From positions 165,974,001 through 166,038,000 of the forward strand of contig OZ024743.1 of assembly GCA_964016885.1 (NCBI GenBank): a DNA stretch of 64,000 nt. Reading direction: 5' to 3'. The translations under genes and the position numbers were made by a program. The notes below the pieces were generated by a model. The model did no database searches, had not been told where the DNA came from, and was given only the letters and a program-made list of their open reading frames with translations. Source of the stretch: Eledone cirrhosa. Taxonomy: Eukaryota. Position 1 is the stretch's first letter, and each line of letters begins with the position of its first letter. This document shows, piece after piece, positions 26,095-39,324 of this stretch.

Positions 26095-26423
26095 GCAGTG
26101 ACTTCATGTGGTTAGAATTTCTCAGGAAAGAATCGCTGGACAGATTTAATGGTGAAAACCAACTTACAGGAGATCCACGGGTAGACACCAAGCAAGGTGG
26201 TTGGATAACATCCATGAGCTTGGTTGGTCACGTTTGGGGATCCAGCTGGATTAGTTAGAAACAACTGCTTCTGACAGGACCCACTGGAAGGAGTGTTTAA
26301 GGACTCTCCTCTCCCATCCCACCCCCTCACAGCCCTACCGGAAGAAGAAGAAGAAGAAGAAGAAGAAGAAGAAGAAGAAGAAGAAGAAGAAGAAGAAGAA
26401 GAAGAAGAAGAAGAAGAAGAAGA
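26095..26423 (+). mobile_element. RTE-type 3' fragment with (GAA)n tail (second copy ~35010-35265)
   Basis: GR...RWLDNI...ASDRTHWK C-terminal signature; both copies end in (GAA)n. Confidence 0.65.
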
Positions 26424-28192
26424 TATACTTCCCTATCTTTAAAAATGAGGAAACTGATTACAGTGTAATTAAGTAAAACATGTTGATATATATAATAAAC
26501 GAAAACAAAAATGTTTCTCTCAAGTCAAAGCAATCGTTGTCGAAGCTAAACTAAGATGGCGTTTGTTCCTTATAAGTTTCGCTAATCAACGCTTATGAAC
26601 TGTTGCTTGACGAGATGCAGATCTAAAGACAACATCCGTGGTGTATAAACACGCATCGTGTTTATGAAAACAACTACTTCTTTGTCATATCTGTTAGAAC
26701 ACGAAAAGTGTGAAACAACAGAATGTTCACTTTTCGTGTTCTAACATATATGCCTAACATCTTCATAAATTTTTCGGGGATAGCCGTGGTGGTGGTGATC
26801 GTATGTCATTGGCTAATTTTCAACCAATCAGAGTAAGTGTTGATATATATATATATATATATATATACTATTCCCCCTCTCTATATATATATCTTACGCT
26901 TTCGCTTTACACTCCTCCCCTTCAATAACACATTTCCCCCTCTCTATATATCTCTTCCACTGTTACTTACGCCTGTTTCTCTCTATCTGTTCCGTCTCTA
27001 TATATATCTCTCTTACTCTTTCGCTTTGCACTCCTCCCCTTCAATACCATCTCTCCCCCTCTCTATATATTTGTTACTCTATCGCTGCACGCTCCTCTCC
27101 TTCAATATATCAATTACACACGCTTTACACTCCTTTATCCCCAGCGCCCCTATATATACACCCCCCTCCCGCATCTATATTTTAATGTTCCGTTGCACCG
27201 TGAATATATGTGTCTATATATATATACATATATATTGTATATACACATTCATGTATGTGTATACACACTCATGTATGTATATACACTGGTTTTATGTGTG
27301 TATTGTAAATGTGTACTGTTAAAACACGAAACTAACATTCGATTGACACTTTGATTACCTGTACAGGCAATAGTTATTAGAATGCTGTTGAAGTGTGTAT
27401 ATATTTTTGGGGGACATCCTGTATATACACACATTATATATAATACAATAAACAGATAAATACACACATATATATATGAGCTTATTTAATTATAAATATT
27501 GTGAATTTTTAACTCAGTTCAATTATATATATAAATGGCTTCTACAGGACTAGAACTGTTTCATTCGAAAGAAATCATCATAATATTGAGAGGGGGACTA
27601 GATAAAATATTTCAAATCAAATGTGTATAAGTTATAAGTTAAAATGTATAAATAGAGACGATAGTGGAGGTATATCTGTTTAGTGGAACAGTAGACGATA
27701 GAATTAAATACAGACGAGAATCTCCCTTTAATGAAACAGCAGACGATAGAATTAAGGCAATTTAAATTTTAAGCATTTGCATTTCATCGTTACGGGGTCG
27801 ATAAAATAAAGTACCAGTAATACACTGTCACTATAAGTAGACGACTTTCAAATTGAATTGTTGGTTCCATTTCTTTAGTATTTTCAATTGTAGTTATCTA
27901 CTTAAAAAGCGTTACACGGTTAGAGACATAATTGGTAAGTTATATCTTCCCTATTAAACCATTGCATTATTTCGCCTACAATAGAACAAAAATGAAATGT
28001 TCTTTAAAGAAACAGGAATATAACTTTATAAAAAAAAAGTTGCATCCGCTTCTTTTATCATTGATAATTTTTTCGTTTTAATATTAATTGTTTTTTGTAG
28101 TTGTTTATATTAAAAATCTTACTGTAATATTTACTTAAACGAAGGCAGACATCTAAACTTATAGATTAATCTTGAGCGAAGGACTAGATAAA

Positions 28193-28238
<46 letters not shown>

Positions 28239-28243
<5 letters not shown>

Positions 28244-28541
28244 GAAGAATGATAACATTTCAAGCAAAGAGTTTAATTAGGTAATGACTTACAAATTTGT
28301 TTCAGTATATATTTAATATAATATTAATATATTTTGTAATATTATTAACTAATTATTATAATTAGCGCTTCAGGCTTTGTCTATATACTGAAACAAATTT
28401 GTAAGTCATTACCTAATTAAACTCTTTGCTTGAAATTTTATCACTCTTCGTTTTGAATTTCTCCTAAGTATTCAATACTCTGTTGAGAAATACATTTTAC
28501 ATAAACAGTCTTTGTACCATTTATACGGTATTAATTACTTA

Positions 28542-28545
<4 letters not shown>
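28239..28545. repeat. Fold-back unit: ~72-bp inverted arms plus one-sided tail, between (TA)n tracts
   Basis: 28239-28311 is the reverse complement of 28383-28453 with few mismatches. Confidence 0.85.
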
Positions 28546-28573
<28 letters not shown>

Positions 28574-28654
28574 GCGTATGATTAGAACTGTGTTTATTAT
28601 TAATATTTTAATGGATTTAATGAAAAATTTTAGGTGTTCATATATATATTCTAA

Positions 28655-28714
28655 AAATGCGCGAAATCGTGAATCCGCGATAGTTGAACCGCCAAGTAGC
28701 GAGGTATCACTGTA
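28655..28714. mobile_element. Probable Tigger/pogo-like terminal inverted repeat remnant
   Basis: Ends ...GCGAGGTATCACTG|TA (CAGT....CCTCG terminus plus TA); partner end not found. Confidence 0.4.
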
Positions 28715-28740
28715 TATATGTTTAAATATATAGTGTAGCT

Positions 28741-29205
28741 GTGATGTATCTCGCGAGTGAATCGAGACCTGTCACTGATTTTGGTGTCCCCACTGCCGAT
28801 GTGAATGAGCAACGCTGCACTTGTGAATTGGGTCTTGATGTTGCAGGCAGTTCATATACTTACAATGATGCGGTCCCACAAGCTTGTTCACATTCCTGTG
28901 CTAATAATCTAGATGGGCGTATTAAATTGGATGTGAAAGCAGCTTACCGGATGCGGAATCGGGAGAAGTTGAGACAAAAACAGGCCGATTATAGAGCTGT
29001 GAATTTTGCTAAATTAACACAAAAACAGGCCAAGTATAGATGTTCAAAACGGTATGAGTTGGCAAACAAGCAGGCCAAGTATAGATCTGCAAATTCAGCT
29101 ATTATATCTCAAAAGCAAGCCGAGCGTAGAGCTTCTAAACGTACCGAGTTGGCTAAAGAGCAGACCAAGTACAGATCTGCAAATATCTTATTGCACAAAC
29201 AATAA
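28741..29205 (+). CDS. Hypothetical 154-aa ORF with five basic 15-aa repeats
   Basis: QKQADYRAVNFAKLT/QKQAKYRCSKRYELA/NKQAKYRSANSAIIS/QKQAERRASKRTELA/KEQTKYRSAN; probably a mobile-element fragment. Confidence 0.35.
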   Translation: MMYLASESRPVTDFGVPTADVNEQRCTCELGLDVAGSSYTYNDAVPQACSHSCANNLDGRIKLDVKAAYRMRNREKLRQKQADYRAVNFAKLTQKQAKYRCSKRYELANKQAKYRSANSAIISQKQAERRASKRTELAKEQTKYRSANILLHKQ

Positions 29206-29231
29206 TTCTGCACAAATGTTGCTCCATTATT

Positions 29232-29412
29232 TTGGCAGTATTGGTAGAGGGTCGGATGCCATGCTTTCCAGCATAGTTACGTCCCTTTACGATCTGAGTT
29301 CAAATCCTGCCGAGGTTGACTTTGCCTTTCATCCTTACGGGGTAGATAAAATAAAGTACCAGTAATGCACTGGGTAATTGCTGGCCTTGTGCCTAAAGTA
29401 GAAACAATTATT
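29232..29412 (+). mobile_element. tRNA-derived SINE
   Basis: A box TGGCAGTATTGG, B box GAGTTCAAATCC, core GCCTTTCATCCTTACGGGG...AGTACCAG, ATT tail. Confidence 0.85.
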
Positions 29413-29599
29413 AGATCTAATGTTGCAACGATACAGTTAAATGTTGTCTGTGTATTTTAAAAAAGATTTGCTTATAATCTTTTCAAATTTCATTACGCCA
29501 ATGATTCAAGCTCAAATTGACATTATCTAAAAAATTGTACAAACAGCGGTGGATTAGCAGTAGTGAACAGATAAATCAGTCAATTTATTAAGATTGACT

Positions 29600-30080
29600 T
29601 GGCATCAATCAGCAAGACCTTCATTAGCTGCTCTCCAGCCATCTATTTAAAGCTGTATACATCTATGGTACGAATACACTTGGAGTTCGCGTCATCAGTC
29701 TGGAACCCCTATCTTGCTCAGAACATTGACCTCCTGGAAACTGTTCAGAGACATGCAACCAAGCGCATACCCTCCATCAGACACCTACCATACCCTGAAT
29801 ATTTTGCTTCCCTCTGGCAATGGACTTGGTAAACACCCACAAAGTTATTAACCATCCGACCAACAACAACCCCGAACACCTTTTTGATCTCCATGTGTCT
29901 AACACGTGGACATGCCTACAAAGTCAGAAAACAACACAGCTCCCATGACTTTAGGAAATATTTCTTCATGCTCAGAGTTGCTGAAGGATGGAACAAACTT
30001 CCTGCATCAGTTGTTAGCTGATGACACACTGCATCCTTTAAAACCATCATACATTCCGAAATACACCAAAACTACACCTG
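29600..30080 (+). mobile_element. CR1-group LINE 3' fragment
   Basis: LYTSMVRIHLEFASSVWNPY...LETVQRHATKRIP, TRGHAYK, RVAEGWNKLP. Confidence 0.8.
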
Positions 30081-30691
30081 ATGTCCCCCTTCCATACACA
30101 TGCACATATGTGTATATCATGACTCATGCACTGTTCTTTTTTCCTGACGTTTTTATATTACCCTATGTATTATATATGCACTTTTGTACACAATATTTTC
30201 ATTATTATTATCATTATTATTATTACACTCATTGATCCATTTTGCACTAACTCTGCATCAAGCACCCTCACCTAAATATTAACCAATCAAGGATCCAATA
30301 CAGCTATCTGTTGGATGAGTATTGTATAGTGCCAAAAACGAAACCAATCAGTTTAGCAGAAAGTTTCCAGACAAGAAACACGCATATTTTGCTATCCTCA
30401 AACACGTTTACACATGGCATGAAATATAACTAATCCGAGATGGCTAGGTTTCATCTTCTAACTGGATATACGAAATCCATTATGTCTTGACAACAACATG
30501 AGGTAACATTATGTTATTCACAGACACATTTTGTACACTGTTCCATATCAGAATGTATTTCCTTCGTCACATTCACAAACAGTATTGAAAATATGTTCTT
30601 CGGCAAATAAAAATGTTTTGTTCATAATATTTCAACTAGCGATTGCTCTACTCCACGCACGACCACCATAAATTAATGACCAGCTCAACAC

Positions 30692-30868
30692 AAGTATTGG
30701 TAGAGCGTCAGACACCATGCTTTGCAGTATTGTTATGGTCCTTTGCATTCTAAGTTCAAATCCTGCCGAGGTTAACTTCGACTTTCATACTTACTAATTC
30801 GATAAAATAAAGTACCAGTAATGGACTGCCGTAATGGATTTGTGCCGAAAAATAGAAACACTATTAAT
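30692..30868 (+). mobile_element. tRNA-derived SINE, diverged copy
   Basis: GTTCAAATCCTGCCGAGG and GATAAAATAAAGTACCAGTAAT blocks. Confidence 0.75.
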
Positions 30869-31417
30869 GTGCAATAAGAGCAAAATATAACGACATTGCT
30901 CAATTATTTTATCTAATGTTGTAATAACACAAGGAAATGTTGTTTGTGTATTTTTTTTTATATTTGCTCATAGGCTTTTACAATTTCGCTCAGCCAACAA
31001 CTATTAAAAAGTGAGTTGCTTAAGATAACAATTTAATCACAAATTGTTGCTATCTTTTAATACACTCCAACAAGTCATCAAATTATGTGCAATAAAAACA
31101 AATCTTATTAATTTGCTCAGGGAATATAAAGAAAATGTATATACACTGATAATTGCAATTGTATGTAAATATTTTGTTTTTGTATTGTTTATTTTATGTT
31201 TTCTATTATGTATAATATATTGATTTAATATTGATTGTTTTTTGTAGTTGTTTATATTAAAAGTCTGAAAATATTTTTATACATCTTACACTAATATTTA
31301 TAAGATAATTTATAATAACAATTACATAATCTAATTACATTACAACGATAATTTATTATTAATATATATCCTCTTTAACTAGAGTTATTACAAGCGTTGC
31401 CTTAAAAAAATATTAAA

Positions 31418-32373
31418 CTAGACATGAAAAATGCGCAAGCTCAAAAGTGCCACAGAATGTTATAATAAACCTTCAAAAGTGTGGGACTAGAGTTGTTGCT
31501 AAAAAATATTGTAATCATTATATATCGTACATTCTGTGGCATCCTTTATAAAAATAGGTTAAACCAACGAAGCCTTTATTTTTACGCTATTTCACTTAGT
31601 TAATTCTTAGAGTGTAACATATAAAAATAAATACATCTATGTTTAATGTAATAACAGCTATAAATAATTACGTAATATTATTATCATATACTCATAGTAA
31701 CAAAATAATTGTGTTGAAAATTAATATGATGCTTATATGAACGATCAAATCTATAATGATAATTTCTTAAATATACTAATAGTAAAATAATTTAGTTATC
31801 TATTGTTACATTTTCATAGAACTATAATATTAACAATCGTATTGCATTATCAAATTTTTATCACTACAAACTTTCATATTGGAATTACCTTAAGCCACTT
31901 ATTATTACTTCGCTTTCGTACTTTTACAGCTGTAGATATTGCGCTGTATCTTATATCTAATATCAATATCTCATGGTAATTTGCATGCAGTGTAAAATAG
32001 GTTTATTAATAACTTTAATATGAAATGTATTATACAGGGCTGCGGAGTCGGCCAAAAATTGACTGGCTCCAACTCAGGATCCGATATTCCATTATTTCCT
32101 AAATTTCAGCTCCGCAGCTCTGTTATTATATTAATTAATTTATTTTATAGTTGTAAATCATATTTTTATATGTTACACTCTAAGAATTAACTAAGTGAAA
32201 TAGCGTAAAAATAAAGGCTTCGTTGGTTTAACCTATTTTTATAAAGGATGCCACAGAATGTACGATATATAATGATTACAATATTTTTTAGCAACAACTC
32301 TAGTCCCACACTTTTGAAGGTTTATTATAACATTCTGTGGCACTTTTGAGCTTGCGCATTTTTCATGTCTAGT
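31418..32373. repeat. Near-perfect inverted repeat, ~212-bp arms with ~530-bp AT-rich spacer
   Basis: 31418-31629 is the reverse complement of 32161-32372. Confidence 0.9.
32035..32122. mobile_element. 88-bp hAT-like MITE
   Basis: TIRs CAGGGCTGCGGAG / CTCCGCAGCTCTG; flanks GTATTATA / TTATTATA (7/8 TSD). Confidence 0.7.
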
Positions 32374-33786
32374 ATATTTATTAGGCTTCCAAACGACTTA
32401 AAGATATATATTTATGGTTATTCCATTCATCCATATGCTTCTTCTTCCGTTATAATCAATATACATTAATTTGATTAAAACAACAGGAGGCGGGACTGAT
32501 GATATCTCTTTAAAGTTTTATTGTTGCAAAAAAAAACTATATATATTTCAATGACCTGGTCACGTAAGATCAGGCGATATCATCAGGTCCCGATTGCATG
32601 ATTAGTTAATCAATAAAGGAATTACGGCAAACAGAGAATAGAGAAAATATTCGATTCGGAGATGGCCCGCAAATTAGGTGTCATTGCTGTTGCAGACCAT
32701 CTCCGAATGACAAATTCGCCAATGCAAGGCATTGTAGGTTTGGTAGGCATGACCAAGGTGGATGGTGGAGGTTCTGTTGTAGCGACAGAAATTCCGCTGT
32801 TATAGATACTGCTATCCCGTAAATTTGAGCCAACTCGTCTGCTGCCACAGAGGTAAGGGGTAATATATTCTGTGTAAATATATCCTGTGGAGAAGATCAG
32901 ATTAAAGAAGATATGGTTTATCAAGGTCAAGCGGGTGATAAAAAATTACAAAAATTTAAAAAGTAATGAAAGTTGGGTTGAATGTCGTGTTAAGTAAGTG
33001 AAGAAAAATGAATTACGAAAAATATATTACGGAAAAAATACATTAAGAAACAATAAATGAAGAAAAAATATTACTCAAGAGTAAATATAGATATAAATAG
33101 TTACTGTAGGTGTTTCGTTAAAATAATTGATTATGGGTAAGTAATCTAGTTCACTCTTATATGTGTGTGTTTTGTATTGAGAAAGAAAAGACAAGGAGCG
33201 TGGTTTGGCGTTCTATAGCGACTGACATAATGACTCTTATTATCCCTACAAGTTCCAAACGTGATGTACCAGTACCGAGTATATTCATATATTGAAGATG
33301 GGGAAATTAATTAATTAATTAGTTAATTCCAAGCACTCAAGGAATGAAAACAAATTTTGGCGTCTTTAGCTAGTGTAACTCGGAGAGCCATCACACTGTC
33401 AGTTGGTGGCGTACTGTATACCAGATAATTATTATTAGCAGTGATGCTAATGATCATGGTGATAAAATTGTGGGGTTGGGTGCAAAATACAAGTATATAG
33501 TTGTATGTAGAACTTAAGAAATAAAAAAATAAAATAATATTAAATTAAATTAAATTAAATCCATCTCCGAATCAAATATTTTCTCTATCCTCTGTTTGTG
33601 TATCCGTAATTCCTTTATTGATTAACTAATTATGCAACCCACACCTGATGATATCACCATGATCTTACGTAGCCAGGTCATTAGAATATATATAGTGTTT
33701 TTGCAACAATAAAAGTTTAAAGGGATATTACCAGTCCGGTCTCTTGTTATTTTAACCAAATTAATTTATATCTTTTTATCTGGTAT

Positions 33787-34559
<773 letters not shown>

Positions 34560-34567
34560 TATATATA

Positions 34568-34899
34568 TAAAGTTTTCTACACTTAACATGTATGTGCTAC
34601 CAATGGTTTCAGGGTCCAGTCATGGACACCACTGTATAATAGAGGTGGCACTTTTAAACTGGCCCTTCATTCAGGCACGTGGACAAACATTTTCTTTCAT
34701 ATTTTTGTCCATGTGCTTGAATGAAGGGCCAGTTTAAAAGTGCCTCCTCCATTATACACTGGTGGCCATGACTGGACCGTGAAACCATTGGTAGATTACA
34801 CATGTTAAGTGTATGAAACTTTATTTATACTATATAAGCTCTCTTCCTACAGATTGAGCAATGTTTTCCTTCATCTTTCATTTCGGATTTCTACCAACG

Positions 34900-34900
<1 letters not shown>
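34568..34900. repeat. Fold-back unit (~115-bp arms plus tail) containing hammerhead family D
   Basis: 34568-34688 is inverted relative to 34703-34825. Confidence 0.85.
34592..34680 (-). ncRNA. Hammerhead variant with CUGAAUGA core
   Basis: GTGC CTGAATGA AGGGCCAGT...ACTGGaCCCT GAAA CCAtTGG TA GCAC. Confidence 0.6.
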
Positions 34901-34998
<98 letters not shown>

Positions 34999-35235
34999 AC
35001 GCGCGCGTGTGGACATATGGTCAGAATATCTAGGAAAGAATCACTTTTCAGATTTTATTTTCAAAACCAATCGGTAGGAAACCCATAGTAAACTTCGAGC
35101 AAGATGGTTGGATAACATCCATTAGCTCGGCTGATCTCGCTTGGAGATCCAGACATTCAATTGGAGATTGTTGCTTCTGACAGGACCCCTGGAAGGCATA
35201 CTTGAGGACTCGTCCCCCACGACCCTCCCAAGAAG

Positions 35236-35266
<31 letters not shown>

Positions 35267-35270
35267 TCTA

Positions 35271-35329
35271 GCTATCTGATGAGGTCATAGCTGTTGATTA
35301 ATGGTTATCACCGAAATATATATAACAGC
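35271..35329 (+). ncRNA. Type I hammerhead motif, family E
   Basis: GCTaT CTGATGA GGTcATAGCTGTT gatt AATGGTTATcACC GAAA tatata TA ACAGC. Confidence 0.7.
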
Positions 35330-35469
35330 GAATACGAATATGAACTTCTAGTTCATATATATATATATAACCAGGAAGTGTTACGTGGAGTTACTGTAGG
35401 TTCACCCGAGTGGGCACTCGATGTCTAGGTTCACTTCTGTGTCGAGGTGTAGAACTAGACAGAGTGTAG

Positions 35470-35785
35470 TATAATAAAATAAAACAAGGACGAGTGGTTA
35501 CTCCTTTATTACGTTTATTGGTTGGTGTCGCGCGTTTCGCCACTGATCAGCTCAAGGTTCTATCTGTATCGATCTAGACCGACTCTGTAATCCACAGCTC
35601 ATCAGACCTCTTATAATGGTAATGAATCATTTTTTCATTACTATTATAATGATGAGCCGTGGATTACAGAGTCGGGCTAGATCGATGCAGATCGAACCTT
35701 GAGCTGATCAGTGGCGAAACGCGCGTCACCAATCAATAAACGTAATGAAGGAGTAACCACTCGTCCTTATTTTATTTTATTATAT
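35470..35785. repeat. Fold-back unit (~135-bp arms) containing hammerhead family F
   Basis: Arm consensus GGT CTGATGA GC...GC GAAAC gcgc GTC ACC followed by AATAAA; each arm has one lesion. Confidence 0.85.
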
Positions 35786-35796
35786 ATATTATATAT

Positions 35797-35977
35797 AATT
35801 ACATAAACAACACAATATAATTATTTCGTTACTGAAGATTTCAAGAAACTAGATGATTCTTGCGAGACAAAATAATTATTTTGTCAGACGAATGAACTCG
35901 ATGTTCCTTGCAAAATTCATCTAGTTTCTTGAAACCTTCAGTAATGAAATAATTATATTGTGTAGTTTATGTAATTA
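35797..35977. repeat. Imperfect palindrome, ~68-bp arms
   Basis: AATTACATAAAC...CTAGATGA vs TCATCTAG...GTTTATGTAATT. Confidence 0.8.
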
Positions 35978-36051
35978 AATAGCTCTGTACAATACATAGA
36001 GCACTCTTTTTTTCCCTTTACCTTTTCTCCGTAAATACTTAACACACACAC

Positions 36052-36082
<31 letters not shown>

Positions 36083-36414
36083 TTTGCCAAGTGGTGCTAT
36101 TAAGTTATACATGACCTGGGCCAATACTGGCCAAAACCTATCAAAGTTATCAAAGTTATCAGAGTTATATATATTTGTGTGTGTGTTGACAAACATGTCA
36201 CCTGACATTGGATCAACCAACACTTCGGGTTGTCTATTACTTCGGGTTTATGTATTACTTATTATTTAGTATAGATATATTTTATATTGGAATAAGAAAG
36301 TAAAGTGACGAACTATTTGAAGCCGTGAATGTAAAAGGTATTGACTTTCCTCGGTTCTACGATGAGTGTTCTAGTTTTTTTATCAACGGAATTAGCCAGC
36401 TAGTCAAATTAACG

Positions 36415-36708
36415 TGTAATTTAAGTGTCTGTACATTCCATAGACACGTGTACCCTTAACGTAATTCTCAGCGATAATCAACATGATACGGTATGTGGAA
36501 AAGCTTGCCCTTTTGAATTTCAGGTTCAATCCATCCTACGGGTTTCCAAACAGTTTCCGTCAACCTAATTTCATTCACAAGGCATGGATTAATTCAAGAC
36601 TATGGTAAAGGACACATGCCTAAGGTGTCACGCAGTGGGATCGAACCAAGGACTTAACGATTGGATTGCGAAACAGACTTCTTAACCGATCGGCTATGCT
36701 GCGTCCAC
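36415..36708 (-). mobile_element. tRNA-derived SINE, second family
   Basis: Minus-strand A box TAGCCGATCGG, B box GGTTCGATCCC, then CACTGCGTGACACCTTAGGCA. Confidence 0.75.
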
Positions 36709-37912
36709 GAGTGTAAATGGCAGATGAATGATCGAGATATATGTATACTACGGACTTTTTTTTAAGCAATTGAACCGAGGTTTCCGGTTTGAAGATACTT
36801 ACCATCCTCCATTCCTTCCTTCCCTCTTTCCCTCTTCTTTCCTTCTTTTTTTCTTTCCTTCTCTTTTCCTTTCCTTCCCACTAATCTCGACGGAGAGGGA
36901 GATCATACAGATTGCTCATTAAAAACAGTTAAAAGAAAATTAGAGACTGTAATATATAGAGGTATAGATGATGTGAAAATAAATATATTTATTTACAGAG
37001 TGTGTATGTAAGTATGTATGTATTATGTATGTATTTATGTATGTATGTAGGTATGGATGTGTATTTCCATCCTGTATGTATTCATGTATATATGCATGTA
37101 TGCATGTATGCATATCTGTGTGTACGTATGTATATGTATCTACGTATGTATGATTGTAAGTATGTTATTGATAAGATAAAGGGCACGTGAATCAGTTTTC
37201 AAACAGAATTCAATACGTGATGTGTAAACGTGTAGAAGCAGTAATACACAAGCAAAAGAATATATATCAGAAATATTCATCTCGAGGAGTGGAGAAGGAG
37301 GAAGTTCTCATCAATTTACATCTACAAATCCTATATTTAAAAACCATCTAGCCATATCAGTCAATCTGACTGGGAAATAATGTCTAATTAATATCGGGTT
37401 ATCTGCCTGGGGAATTTGAAATGTGGTCGTCTCAACGCAGGTAACCATAATATCATAATTTCAAATGTCTAAATAAATGCTCAGCAGCGTTGAGTACGAA
37501 CGTTTCCTCTAACAGAGACGCGTAACATACCATCCACCCCCACTCCATTTGCAAAGGAAACTACATCACTTGAGAGAAGATTATAGTGAAATATAGCGCA
37601 AATGAATGGATTTTTTTATAGTATGAGATTGCTAAAGGAAGTTATTTTTATATATTTTATTGACCTTTGGAACTAGTAGAGTGACGAGAAAATGCTAAAC
37701 GAAAGTAGCACGGAAGGAGCTAGGGTAGAAAATTTCCTGATAACTTAGTAGAAATTCTTTAATATTTACAACATGAAATTACAAATAAAAGTGATTGCAG
37801 ACTATTAACTGTCCTGATTAGGTGGTTAGGTGTACACATTCTCATATGCGCGCACACGCACACACCACACACAAATACACACACACCACACACACACACT
37901 CTCATATATACA

Positions 37913-37963
<51 letters not shown>

Positions 37964-37971
<8 letters not shown>

Positions 37972-38150
37972 AATGGCTTCTACAAGACTAGAACTGTTTC
38001 ATTCGGGAGAAATCATCGGCACATTTCTCCCGAATGAAACAGTTCTAGTCCTGTAGAAGCCATTTCTATATTAAATATTTATACTCTGCTATGTATTGAG
38101 TACCTTACTTACTGTGGTTACCCCCGATTGAACCCGGGATAAACTTATCT
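37964..38150. mobile_element. PLE pseudo-LTR family A fold-back unit in (TA)n
   Basis: ~50-bp inverted arms (partial hammerheads) around CATCGGCAC plus family A tail. Confidence 0.8.
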
Positions 38151-38159
38151 ATCTATATT

Positions 38160-38191
<32 letters not shown>

Positions 38192-38276
38192 GTAATAATA
38201 ATGAAATTGAAGACTAAAATCCAGAGAGGGCTCGATAAGGAAAATATATATCAAATATATAAGAACCGAAGAGCAA

Positions 38277-38941
38277 ATATTTATTAAATAACAGATTAAA
38301 GTTTAAGCAAAGAATCGCTGCTTTCACCCTTAACGGGATCTTCTGAAACTAACAAAGTCAACCTGTAAACGCAGAACTGGATATTTCAAAAAACGTTGCA
38401 ACCGGAGGAAGACAGGAAGACGATACTTTGGTTCATGGTGACGTTCGCTGGCAAAGAACGGGAAAAAACGAATAATACGTCATTAATAGGAGCGGTGAAA
38501 AACAATTACGTGCAAGGACAGAACCACGTTTATGGTATAAAAGAGGTCGTAGACTAATGTTCTCTAAGTGGTGCATAGAGACGTTCTCTGGCAATGAACG
38601 AAAAAACGAAGATAGTACGTTTTTTCGTTCATTGCCAGAGAACGTCTCTATGCACCACTTAGAGAACATTAGTCTACGACCTCTTTTATACCATAAACGT
38701 GGTTCTGTCCTTGCACGTAATTGTTTTTCACCGCTCCTATTAATGACGTATTATTCGTTTTTTCCCGTTCTTTGCCAGCGAACGTCACCATGAACCAAAG
38801 TATCGTCTTCCTGTCTTCCTCCGGTTGCAACGTTTTTTGAAATATCCAGTTCTGCGTTTACAGATTGACTTTGTTAGTTTCAGAAGATCCCGTTAAGGGT
38901 GAAAGCAGCGATTCTTTGCTTAAACTTTAATCTGTTATTTA

Positions 38942-38949
<8 letters not shown>
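38277..38949. repeat. Near-perfect palindrome, 332-bp arms with 9-nt loop
   Basis: 38277-38608 mirrors 38618-38949; only one mismatch noticed. Confidence 0.95.
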
Positions 38950-38984
<35 letters not shown>

Positions 38985-38989
38985 TGTAA

Positions 38990-39107
<118 letters not shown>

Positions 39108-39324
39108 AAAACCACAGACCCTCCATCTCAACTCTACATTTGAAAAGCAGAAGAACTGCGAAACCGGTAAAGGAACCAAATAAATATATATATTTTTTTT
39201 TAAATAAGACTCTTGTTGCATTTTCGATTTCATCTTTTTTTCTTTATACTTTCACTGGTGTAGGACACCTCGGTTATTTTTCATTTTGTAAAAAACCTCA
39301 CTTTCTAATATATATATATATATA

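Noticed and set aside
27650-27760. CRISPR-like short direct repeats (AGACGATAGAATTAA)
   Set aside because: Only 2-4 irregular copies, eukaryotic context, no cas genes.
35830-35862. CTGAAGA...GAAA hammerhead candidate
   Set aside because: No UH cleavage site or stem I; the mirror arm reads CTGAAGG.
36900-37850. Host exons in the unique-looking stretch
   Set aside because: No convincing ORF with splice signals; small exons cannot be excluded without RNA-seq.
38433-38793. Two nearly identical 78-aa ORFs on opposite strands
   Set aside because: Mirror artefact of the palindrome.
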